64,000 bases of DNA from the NCBI GenBank assembly GCA_016180425.1, contig JACPBF010000002.1:48169-112168 (forward strand). The letters are read 5' to 3'. A model generated the notes under the pieces. That model had not been told where the DNA came from. It made no database searches and saw nothing but the letters and a program-made list of their open reading frames with translations. Source of the stretch: Elusimicrobiota bacterium. GTDB taxonomy: Bacteria; Elusimicrobiota; Elusimicrobia; 2-02-FULL-39-32. The translations under genes were made by a program, and so were the position numbers. Shown here piece after piece: positions 27,253-35,575 of this stretch (positions within the stretch are counted from its first letter, which is position 1; every line of letters begins with the position of its first letter).

Positions 27253-29121
27253 TTAAATTTTTATTAAGTTTAAGATGCCTAACTGTATCTGCTCCATATT
27301 TTTTGGATTTTTAATAAAATGCCAGTTGAGTTTAGCTTCCCTAGTTTTATCTTCCAAATCCAGATCATGAAGCGCTATTGACATTCCTAAGGATATGGGT
27401 TCAAGAGAATTGAACTCATATCTTTGCCATACGTTTTCCGCAAGAGATAAAGACAAAAATTTAAAAGAGATCGCTGCTTCTATTTGATAGCCTCCTGGAA
27501 TTAATTTAGAGGCGATTTGAATTTCATCAGATGCGGGCTTACGGTTTTGGAACCAAGCCCAGGTTTGCGGAGTTTTTTCAGGTCCAGAAGGAGCCAGACC
27601 AATTTGAAAATCATTTAAATTTCCCCAAAAAAAATTGTCATTATTTGGATCTATAAAAAGTTCAATCACGTCCGCAATGTAAATATATTTATTGGTCCTT
27701 AAACAAACCACCTCATTGTCTTTTACTTTTGCCGCAAAATAAAGATTTTTTTGATCAAACTGAAAAAAAATCTCATCTGAAAAATCATCCTCATTTGTAA
27801 TTTTTCCTGATTCTAGATATTTTAGCCCATTTAAACGCAGGCTTTCAACGTTTTGCCATTCTGTAAGATTGCCATCTATCTCGATCTCATTCTTTATTGA
27901 GTAAGCTGGAAAAGTGGGCATGGTTTGAAAAATAAATTCTACCCTGCGATTTTTTGCCCTGCCTTCTTCAGTCTCATTGGTGTCAACTGGTTTTTTTAGT
28001 CCCCAGCCATAAATCATAAGATGATCCGATTCCAATCTCTCAACCTCTGCTAAATATTTTTTAACGGTTTTGGCTCTATTTAAAGAAAGATTAAAATTAT
28101 ATTCTTCTCCTCCAACGCTGTCCGTGTGGCCATGAATTTCAACGTAAAAATTGGGATGATCTTTAATCAATTGCGCTACTTTTCTTAAATTTTCAAATTC
28201 GCTATCTAAAATTATTGCTTTATTGGTTTCAAAAAGAATATAAGTTGTGACCATTACATTCTTTTCATCCCGACGCACTTCTAATTGCGCTGCTTTTGCA
28301 GCGCTCTCAATTTCTTCTTGTTCTCTTTGCAGCGCTTGATCTACTAAAGGAGAAAGAGTGTCTGGAATTTCCGCTAGAGGAGGGGGTTGGGGAATAGGAT
28401 CTGGAGCAGGTTGGGATTGAGCAATCTCCAGAGATTCAAGATAATCATAATAGTCCTCAATTTCAATCATGCTGGTTGCAAAATAAAGTTCATCCAGGTA
28501 AAGGGTTCCTTTGCCTAAAGTTACATTAGAGTCAAATACAAAAACAATCTCTTGCAATTCTTTTAAATTAATCGTCGCGGCAAATTGGCGCAATGGAATA
28601 AAAAATCTTTTCCAATCCGATGTGATCCCATCCACATAGTAAGAAATAGATCTTTTATCATCTTTGAATTCTACTTTAAATTTTCGAGTGTATCCTTGAG
28701 CAGGATCTCCTCTAACTGAAAAAACAAAATAGCGGAAAGGCGTGGTATCCAATTTTTGTAAACCCATATAGATTCCGTTAAAAGCTATGGCATGAAACCC
28801 ATGTTCTTGAGAGCTAATCCGTTCACGAGACTCAACATAGGTTTTCATGTAACTTTCCACATTGTAATTTACTTTTAAGGAAGCGCCTCTCTGCCCAAGA
28901 TAGGTTTGCCCGTCATGCGCAATTTCACACCATTGGCTGGTATCATTTGGGTTGCTTTTCCATGTGCCTATAGCGCCATTCCTTTTATTCATCATTTTTT
29001 TAATATTAAAATCATCCATAACTAAGATATCGCCTTTAGTTAAAGCTAAAAGAGGGTTTAAGAATCTTACTTCTAAAAGATTCAAAAATAAAATCAAGAA
29101 AAAAAATATTTTTTTAATCAT
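27253..29121 (-). CDS. CBM/CIA30 + OmpA-like peptidoglycan-binding + CBM9-like protein
   Basis: HGHTDSVGGEEYNFNLSLNRA...NRRVEF OmpA domain, with a CBM9-like C-terminus paralogous to that of 16099-18075. Confidence 0.8.
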   Translation of the reverse strand: MIKKIFFFLILFLNLLEVRFLNPLLALTKGDILVMDDFNIKKMMNKRNGAIGTWKSNPNDTSQWCEIAHDGQTYLGQRGASLKVNYNVESYMKTYVESRERISSQEHGFHAIAFNGIYMGLQKLDTTPFRYFVFSVRGDPAQGYTRKFKVEFKDDKRSISYYVDGITSDWKRFFIPLRQFAATINLKELQEIVFVFDSNVTLGKGTLYLDELYFATSMIEIEDYYDYLESLEIAQSQPAPDPIPQPPPLAEIPDTLSPLVDQALQREQEEIESAAKAAQLEVRRDEKNVMVTTYILFETNKAIILDSEFENLRKVAQLIKDHPNFYVEIHGHTDSVGGEEYNFNLSLNRAKTVKKYLAEVERLESDHLMIYGWGLKKPVDTNETEEGRAKNRRVEFIFQTMPTFPAYSIKNEIEIDGNLTEWQNVESLRLNGLKYLESGKITNEDDFSDEIFFQFDQKNLYFAAKVKDNEVVCLRTNKYIYIADVIELFIDPNNDNFFWGNLNDFQIGLAPSGPEKTPQTWAWFQNRKPASDEIQIASKLIPGGYQIEAAISFKFLSLSLAENVWQRYEFNSLEPISLGMSIALHDLDLEDKTREAKLNWHFIKNPKNMEQIQLGILNLIKI

Positions 29122-30035
29122 AATTTAAGAGTCAATGAATAGCTTAGAGTATCCCCTAACTTTTCTTCTCTTTCCCAGCCAAAATCTAACAGTAAAGATT
29201 TATATTTTAATCCTAAACCCCAGGCAAAGCGCAGCTCTTGTTCTCTTTCTACTCCTCCCAGCCTGATTTGCATCACGCGGTTAAAAAAGCCTTGTTCAAT
29301 TCCAAGCCTATGGGTTTGGCGTGTTTGATCTTGCCATTCAACCTGGGCTCCTAATAAAGTATCTGGAAAGATTCTGCTGGAGACCCCTGCCCTAACTTGA
29401 ATTGGCAGCCTTTCTTTAACCCCTGAATCCCAAGTAATCACGGTTCGATTGATGTCCTGAACACCAGCGCCTAACACTAGCCAAGGCTCTTTTAAAACAT
29501 AGGTTAACCCTACATCTAAACCCATGCCGCTTGCGCCAATAGAACTATGAACCCTGTAATACTTGCCATTTAATCCTAAATAAAGGGGCTTAAAAAAGTG
29601 GGTGGCATAGGAGAAAACTAAAGTATTTTCTGAATAATCTAGAAAACTCGCTTCTCCAATGGTGTCTAAACGGTACCAGCTAAAAGCAACGCTTCCTTTG
29701 CCAACATTGGGTTGAAGGTATCCAGCTGTTATATGCCGAAGCAACCCTAAACCATAGAGATTTTTATATTCAGAATGCAATGTTTTTTCATTGACCAGAG
29801 CGATTCCGGAAGGATTCCAGAATATGGAAGAATAATCTTCAGCCACAGCCACAAAACTTCCTCCCATGCCTTGAGCTCTTGCTCCCAACCCTTGGGATTC
29901 AAATACAGCGCCCTGTCCCACGTAAGGGATAAAAATAAATATAAAAAATAAAAGGAACAGTCGTAAAATACCATCTAGTCCGTTAGAAATGAATGGCTGT
30001 TTTGCGCAAGAATCTAAAAAAATTATCTTCTTCAC
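29118..30035 (-). CDS. PorV/PorQ-family outer-membrane barrel
   Basis: GARAQGMGGSFVAVAED...FWNPSG FadL/PorV-type signature, beta-strand C-terminus. Confidence 0.75.
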   Translation of the reverse strand: MKKIIFLDSCAKQPFISNGLDGILRLFLLFFIFIFIPYVGQGAVFESQGLGARAQGMGGSFVAVAEDYSSIFWNPSGIALVNEKTLHSEYKNLYGLGLLRHITAGYLQPNVGKGSVAFSWYRLDTIGEASFLDYSENTLVFSYATHFFKPLYLGLNGKYYRVHSSIGASGMGLDVGLTYVLKEPWLVLGAGVQDINRTVITWDSGVKERLPIQVRAGVSSRIFPDTLLGAQVEWQDQTRQTHRLGIEQGFFNRVMQIRLGGVEREQELRFAWGLGLKYKSLLLDFGWEREEKLGDTLSYSLTLKL

Positions 30036-31951
30036 TTTAAAACCCCTATGATCTGCCTTATAATATCTTTACGCTTGTCATTGGATTCAGCTTCTAAACG
30101 AAAAATATAAAGACCATTCAGCGCCTTTTCGTTTCCTGAATCTTTTCCATCCCAGCTTAAAGCATGTTCTCCAGCGCTTTGGGTTGGGGCAGCAACCATT
30201 TTAATTTCATTTCCACTTAAATCATAAATTCTTAAATTTACTTTGCTTTCAGCGTCCAATGAATAGATAAAGAAAACCTCGTCTTTAATTGAATCTCCAT
30301 TAGGTGAAAAAGGGTTATTCACTGTGCGAATACTGGTAATTAAATTTCCTGGACGGTTCTGATCCAGTTCACCGCCAGATTCCAATGCTTCTAAAGAGTC
30401 CACGGCAAAAGTACCGCTGCCTCCAGCGCCTTTGGCAACTGCGAATTCAACTTTTTTAATTTTTTTAAGATTTAGGCTAGAATCATCCCCAGCGCTAAAA
30501 AAAACAAGCTGGTCATAAGGAACAACCGCATTTTTCCAAACCCCGCTGGTGTTTGAGGCAATAAAAAATTTTTTAAACCATGTGGTGTTATCACTGTCTG
30601 TTAGTTTAAATTCTACATTGTTAGAAGAGTTAGTTCCTTTATACTGGAATTTAAGCGCGGAAAAGGGATAGATGGAATGATAAAATTGTTTTTCAATTAA
30701 AGCATATGGGGTTTCTGTAGGTTTAGAAGGTGAATTTGTAAAGTTGTAATTTAGCTGATAAACCCGGTTAGAAGCAGCTGAGTCTGGAACTGTAATGTCT
30801 GAAATCGCGGAAACAGATAAAGAAGCATCTGCATGAGTACTGCTCTCCCAATTATTTGAGGGAAAATCCATATCCATCTCATCTATGGTCAGAAGAACTT
30901 TTGTCTCTTCTCCAACTCGAATAAAAGCAATATCATCCAAATAGACGATTCCCGAGCCGCTATTAATTCCAGTATCTTTTTGAGCAAGCAGCGTAAAAAC
31001 AGTGACGGTGCTAAAATTAACAGCAGTAAAAGAGGAAAGAGGAACACGCACTTCCTGAAAAGAGGTGGTAATGCCTGCGGATAGAAAAGTAGAAATGAAA
31101 AGTTCCGTTGTTCCTTGAGGACTTTCCAGCTTAAATTTTAAAACCTCTCCACCTGCTTCCCCTTTAATTTTAAACGAAAAATGGGTATTGTTTTGATAGT
31201 TTCTATCTCCCAATCCAATAGTGATGCCAGAAAAATTACCACTGCTTGGCTCATTATAAGTAACTTTCATTACTTTTTCCCCTCCTACAGTGGCATATTC
31301 TTTAACAACTGTTCCTCCAGTAGCAAAGGTTGTAGAATTTTGATTAAAAAGATTTGGATCAGCGCCATCATTAAAATCATCCACTAAATTATAGGTGCTC
31401 TTTAAAACCTCGATTTTATCTATCCAGACCTTTCCGGAAGTGCGGGGTCCTGTATCCTGGTTAACGCCAACAGCCAGCCTGGCCACCTTTTTATAATCAA
31501 ATGAATTAGTGCCATCTCCAAAAAGCGCAAAAGCAGGAAATGGAAGATTGAGTGTTCTCCAAGTATTATCATCAAGTAAGGCAGCTTTATAGACTAGCTT
31601 ATCGCATTTGGAAGTATCTGTGCTGTCTGAATCAGTGAATTTAACTTCCAAAGTATTAGTGCTTCCAGTCGCTTTATAACGCAGGCGTATGGAGTTGCCA
31701 AGATCGCTTACAAAATCTCTTGAAGTATAATCTTTAGAAAAAACTGCCCAATTCCCAGTGCCTAAAGAATAGGTCATCTCTAAAGCATTGTTATTTACGC
31801 CTGTAATACCATTTAAACTTGCGCTGGAACCCGTGTCTGTGCTTGTACTAGCGGTCACTGTGGAGGTAGAAGAATAATCATCCAACATTAAGCTATGAGC
31901 TAAAGCTGGCAAAAAATTTAAAATAAAAAAAATCCAAAATATTTTTTTCAT
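30032..31951 (-). CDS. Secreted multi-CBM protein with FlgD-Ig / T9SS-like C-terminal domain
   Basis: Three CBM11/CIA30-like repeats. Tail NPFSPNGD...IYDLSG...WDGKD...NGLYIFRL. Confidence 0.75.
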   Translation of the reverse strand: MKKIFWIFFILNFLPALAHSLMLDDYSSTSTVTASTSTDTGSSASLNGITGVNNNALEMTYSLGTGNWAVFSKDYTSRDFVSDLGNSIRLRYKATGSTNTLEVKFTDSDSTDTSKCDKLVYKAALLDDNTWRTLNLPFPAFALFGDGTNSFDYKKVARLAVGVNQDTGPRTSGKVWIDKIEVLKSTYNLVDDFNDGADPNLFNQNSTTFATGGTVVKEYATVGGEKVMKVTYNEPSSGNFSGITIGLGDRNYQNNTHFSFKIKGEAGGEVLKFKLESPQGTTELFISTFLSAGITTSFQEVRVPLSSFTAVNFSTVTVFTLLAQKDTGINSGSGIVYLDDIAFIRVGEETKVLLTIDEMDMDFPSNNWESSTHADASLSVSAISDITVPDSAASNRVYQLNYNFTNSPSKPTETPYALIEKQFYHSIYPFSALKFQYKGTNSSNNVEFKLTDSDNTTWFKKFFIASNTSGVWKNAVVPYDQLVFFSAGDDSSLNLKKIKKVEFAVAKGAGGSGTFAVDSLEALESGGELDQNRPGNLITSIRTVNNPFSPNGDSIKDEVFFIYSLDAESKVNLRIYDLSGNEIKMVAAPTQSAGEHALSWDGKDSGNEKALNGLYIFRLEAESNDKRKDIIRQIIGVLK

Positions 31952-34398
31952 CTAGCCACTCCTAGAGTTCCGCTCACATCTAAACGATCTGATTTTACCT
32001 GATAGATATAAGCTCCGCTTGCAACCAGTTCCCCGCTGTCTCCTCTGCCATCCCAGATATTTAGATTTTCTAAAGCGCGCACTTTTTTTCCTCTTGAATC
32101 AAAAATCTTAATTTCAAAGTTCCCAGAAATGCCAAATTGGGCAAAATCATTAATTTTATCTCCATTGGGCGTAATAATTTTTTCTTTAGGCCTGACTTCT
32201 TCGCTGCTTGGATCTGTTGCAGAAAATAGGCCATAGATGCTGAAGTGTGATATTTTAGCACTTACTGTGTTATTATTTCTATTGATCTCTCCTCCTAAAT
32301 TTCTCCATTCAAAACCATCAAACCAGAATAATTTTACATTTTCTTCTTTTAGATTAGTCCCATCCACAATGCCGTCTTGATTTTTATCTGAATAAAGAAG
32401 AGTGAGAGTAACGGGTTTTGCAAAAATAAGTTTTTTTGGAGTAAATTCATAGGAGATCAAAGCTGTTTGATTTTTATATTTTGCTAAATTTTGAGGATCT
32501 AATGGATTGATATTAATTAATACATCTTGATTTAACGCTCCTTTAGGAATGGTTAGGCCTGTTTCACCGTCGCTAGAGTCATCATCTTCAATTTTAATAG
32601 TTCCGCCATCTTTTCCTACTTTGGGCTCTGGAGGCACTGTGCCAAAAGATGTGACTGCTGTATTAGAGCTAGAGACATTAGAAGAGCTGGTGGCCCGAGC
32701 TTTAAGATTATAATAAGCTCTATGAGGAATTAAATTAGAAAGCGTTAAAGTGATATTCCCAGAACTAAATAGAGCAGAGGAAGTTGCAGAGACTTCAAAA
32801 GAGCCTGTAGTGATAGAGAGCGTAGTTCCACTGGGATTTCTATTTCCTGATAGAGTCACAGAAACAGAGCTGGTATTGACTTGATAACTCACTATTCCAG
32901 GAGAATTTGGAGCTAAAGAGATAGAGGTAAAAGTCACTTTACTTTCATTTCCAGCCACATCTTCTGCCACTGCTCTCACTTGATAGCTTGAGCCATGCAC
33001 GAGCTGAAAAAAATTGTCCCAGGATGTGCTATAGCTAGTTTTAGTGGCTGTGTCAGTATCTGTTGAAATTGTGTACCATTGAGTCCCGCCTGAAAGATTG
33101 TCATGTTCAAAACGAATCCGTTCTAAAGTTGAATCAGAAGTTTGAGCTCCTGCTGTTACAGATAAGGTGTCGGTGGAATAAAAAATTAGGCCATCTGTCA
33201 TGGAGATGTTGCTTTTTTTAAATGAGGAAGGGGTTGTTGGAACCGCAGTATCTAAAAATCGGATGTTATCAACATAAAAAGTGGCTCCTAAAATTGTGTT
33301 AACCGGGGGTCCGTTGCCAGCTGTAGCATTTATGAACCAGAACTCAACTTCAGAAGCGCTGTCTTTACTGACAGAAAATCCGCTTAAAGCACGGGTTACT
33401 TCTTGGAAACTTGTGGTTAGAGTTATGGAACTGGCATGAATTTTCTCTGTACCTGAATCATCTCCCAACCCCACACCTATTAATTTTCCATCTGCATTGG
33501 CATGTGCCTTTACTTGAAAAGATAAGGTATCTGTCCCTGTAATGTCAACTCCAATTCCTCCAGCAGTAAAGGCTCGTGTGTCAATCTCAATCCCTGCAAA
33601 CGCATCTGTTGGCAGGGAGGTGCCTGTGCTCCACATGACTCTAAGAGCATAGCCGCTTCCCCCATAAGCATTATCTGAATCATAAGCTAAGGTAACAGAA
33701 GCGCCGCTTCCTCCGCTGGTATAGCCAAATGGGTCATAACCAAATAGAGTTGGGCTGGAGCCATCGTCAAACTGATCCACCATCACATTGCCAGTCTCTG
33801 AATGAAAAGTAATGTCATCCAAATAAACTGTTTCAACCGGGGTCGTGTTAGTAAAGTTTAATACAATCGCATCTACATTAGATAAGGAACTGTAATTTTC
33901 TGTTAATACATCCTTAAAAAGGGTTTTTATGGGAATATTTACTTTTCTCCATTCAGTGGTAAGTTCTGAGGTCATAAATTCTTTTAGGTTAGGGCGATAA
34001 CTTGGTTCTGTAGGGGAGCTGGCGCGTCTTAAATCCATTTTAAAATATTCGCTGCCAGAAGCGCCTCGAATCCAAAAAGAAAGAGTTCTAGTTCCTCTTA
34101 AATCTACCGCATTGCCGAACCGAAGCAGCAAATATCCATCGCCTGTGGTTAAATGTTGAACTTTTAATGAATAACCTCTGTTGCCATGCGCTGGCTCTGT
34201 ATTAGAATGGGCTACATAAGTTGCAGTCACAATCGTCACATCTGTTGAAGAAAGACTACTGGCAGAATCTAGAGACAAAGGATCTTTACCTCCTTCAAAA
34301 TTGGAAACCACCAAAACTCCTGCATTGAGAAAGCTGGGTAAAGATAATAAGAAAAAAAGTAAAATAAAAAATTCATAGCGGCGATTGTTTTTTTTCAT
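31948..34398 (-). CDS. Secreted CBM/Ig-Fn3/ZU5-like protein with T9SS-like C-terminal domain
   Basis: Ser/Thr-rich beta repeats, GGTI...IPKGAL...SHFSIY (ZU5-like), ITPNGD...WDGR...SGAYIYQV tail. Confidence 0.7.
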   Translation of the reverse strand: MKKNNRRYEFFILLFFLLSLPSFLNAGVLVVSNFEGGKDPLSLDSASSLSSTDVTIVTATYVAHSNTEPAHGNRGYSLKVQHLTTGDGYLLLRFGNAVDLRGTRTLSFWIRGASGSEYFKMDLRRASSPTEPSYRPNLKEFMTSELTTEWRKVNIPIKTLFKDVLTENYSSLSNVDAIVLNFTNTTPVETVYLDDITFHSETGNVMVDQFDDGSSPTLFGYDPFGYTSGGSGASVTLAYDSDNAYGGSGYALRVMWSTGTSLPTDAFAGIEIDTRAFTAGGIGVDITGTDTLSFQVKAHANADGKLIGVGLGDDSGTEKIHASSITLTTSFQEVTRALSGFSVSKDSASEVEFWFINATAGNGPPVNTILGATFYVDNIRFLDTAVPTTPSSFKKSNISMTDGLIFYSTDTLSVTAGAQTSDSTLERIRFEHDNLSGGTQWYTISTDTDTATKTSYSTSWDNFFQLVHGSSYQVRAVAEDVAGNESKVTFTSISLAPNSPGIVSYQVNTSSVSVTLSGNRNPSGTTLSITTGSFEVSATSSALFSSGNITLTLSNLIPHRAYYNLKARATSSSNVSSSNTAVTSFGTVPPEPKVGKDGGTIKIEDDDSSDGETGLTIPKGALNQDVLININPLDPQNLAKYKNQTALISYEFTPKKLIFAKPVTLTLLYSDKNQDGIVDGTNLKEENVKLFWFDGFEWRNLGGEINRNNNTVSAKISHFSIYGLFSATDPSSEEVRPKEKIITPNGDKINDFAQFGISGNFEIKIFDSRGKKVRALENLNIWDGRGDSGELVASGAYIYQVKSDRLDVSGTLGVAR

Positions 34399-34423
34399 GG
34401 ATAAGAGTCATTATAGGAAAATC

Positions 34424-35440
34424 CTAATTTTTCCCCTTTTCTTTGGACGATTGACGAAAAATAAGTTGTCCGGGAAGTTCAATGGTTTTTTGAGGAAGTT
34501 TTAGATTTTCAACCCGGGTCACTAAAATATCTGTGGCATGTTCTCCCATTTCAAAAAAAGGCTGTCTAACTGTGGACAGTTGGGGCTGGCTTAATGTAGC
34601 CGCATCTGAATCATCAAAACCAAAGATAGAAAGTTCCCTGGGAACGGAAAGTCCTAATTCATGAGCTGCCCTAAGCGCGCCAATTGCCATTAAATCATTC
34701 GCTGCAAAAATAACAGTTGGTTTTTTAGAATGCGACAGCAGTTTTTTAGCTGCAACGCTCCCTTTCTCTAAAGAATAATCCCCGCTAACAACAAGCTGCG
34801 GATCATAAGACAAACCAGATTTTTCTAAGCCAAGTTTATAACCCTCTAAACGGGCATTGGCATTGTAACCTTCTAAACCATTGATAAATCCAATTTTGGT
34901 ATGTCCCATTTTAACTAAGGCGCTGACCACATCTCTAGCAGAACTCACATTATCTAAATCTATCCAGTCTAAAATATTGGAACGGGCATTAATCAGAACA
35001 ACCGGGGTTTTTTCTTTTTCCAAACGCTTGACTAAACGATCTTGCATGAGAGGGGCAATTACAAAAACTCCATCCATGGGAAAACCATCTAATTGAGGCG
35101 GATAACCTAATTGAGAGTCATAACCTTCAGGCTGGTAAATCATCATGCGATAAGGATACTTAGATAAGGAATGGCTAATGCCGCAAAGAATTTGTCTAAA
35201 ATAAAAAGCAGAGAAAAAATTAGGTTCAGGCGGTACAATGAGAGTTAAGAGATTAGATTTTCCCCGGATGAGACTGCGGGCAACTAAATTAGGATGGTAA
35301 TCCAGCTTTTGAATGACTTTTAAAACTCTTTCCCGGGTCCATGAATCTACAAGATTAGAATTATTGATCACACGCGATACTGTAGCAGTTGAAACTTTTG
35401 CTACTCTTGCTACGTCTTTAATGGAGTGTGTCTTCATCAT
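34424..35440 (-). CDS. LacI-family transcriptional regulator
   Basis: SIKDVARVAKVSTATVSRVIN, YHPNLVARSL, ANDLMAIG, GFDD. Confidence 0.95.
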   Translation of the reverse strand: MMKTHSIKDVARVAKVSTATVSRVINNSNLVDSWTRERVLKVIQKLDYHPNLVARSLIRGKSNLLTLIVPPEPNFFSAFYFRQILCGISHSLSKYPYRMMIYQPEGYDSQLGYPPQLDGFPMDGVFVIAPLMQDRLVKRLEKEKTPVVLINARSNILDWIDLDNVSSARDVVSALVKMGHTKIGFINGLEGYNANARLEGYKLGLEKSGLSYDPQLVVSGDYSLEKGSVAAKKLLSHSKKPTVIFAANDLMAIGALRAAHELGLSVPRELSIFGFDDSDAATLSQPQLSTVRQPFFEMGEHATDILVTRVENLKLPQKTIELPGQLIFRQSSKEKGKN

Positions 35441-35455
35441 TTAAATCCCTCCTAC

Positions 35456-35479
35456 TGCAATCGTTCTCACGCTATTATA
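35456..35479 (-). promoter_or_regulatory. LacI-type operator just downstream of a -10 box
   Basis: TGAGAACGATTGCA (35469-35456) resembles the TG..AA.CG.TT.CA LacI palindrome. TATAAT at 35479-35474. SD GGAGG follows. Confidence 0.6.
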
Positions 35480-35575
35480 AAAACTTTCTTAAAACTTTTC
35501 TTAAACTTTTTGTAACATTTTTGTAACTTTTTTTCCCCAAAGTTTAAGTTGCTAGACTTTTAAAATAAAGAGATT

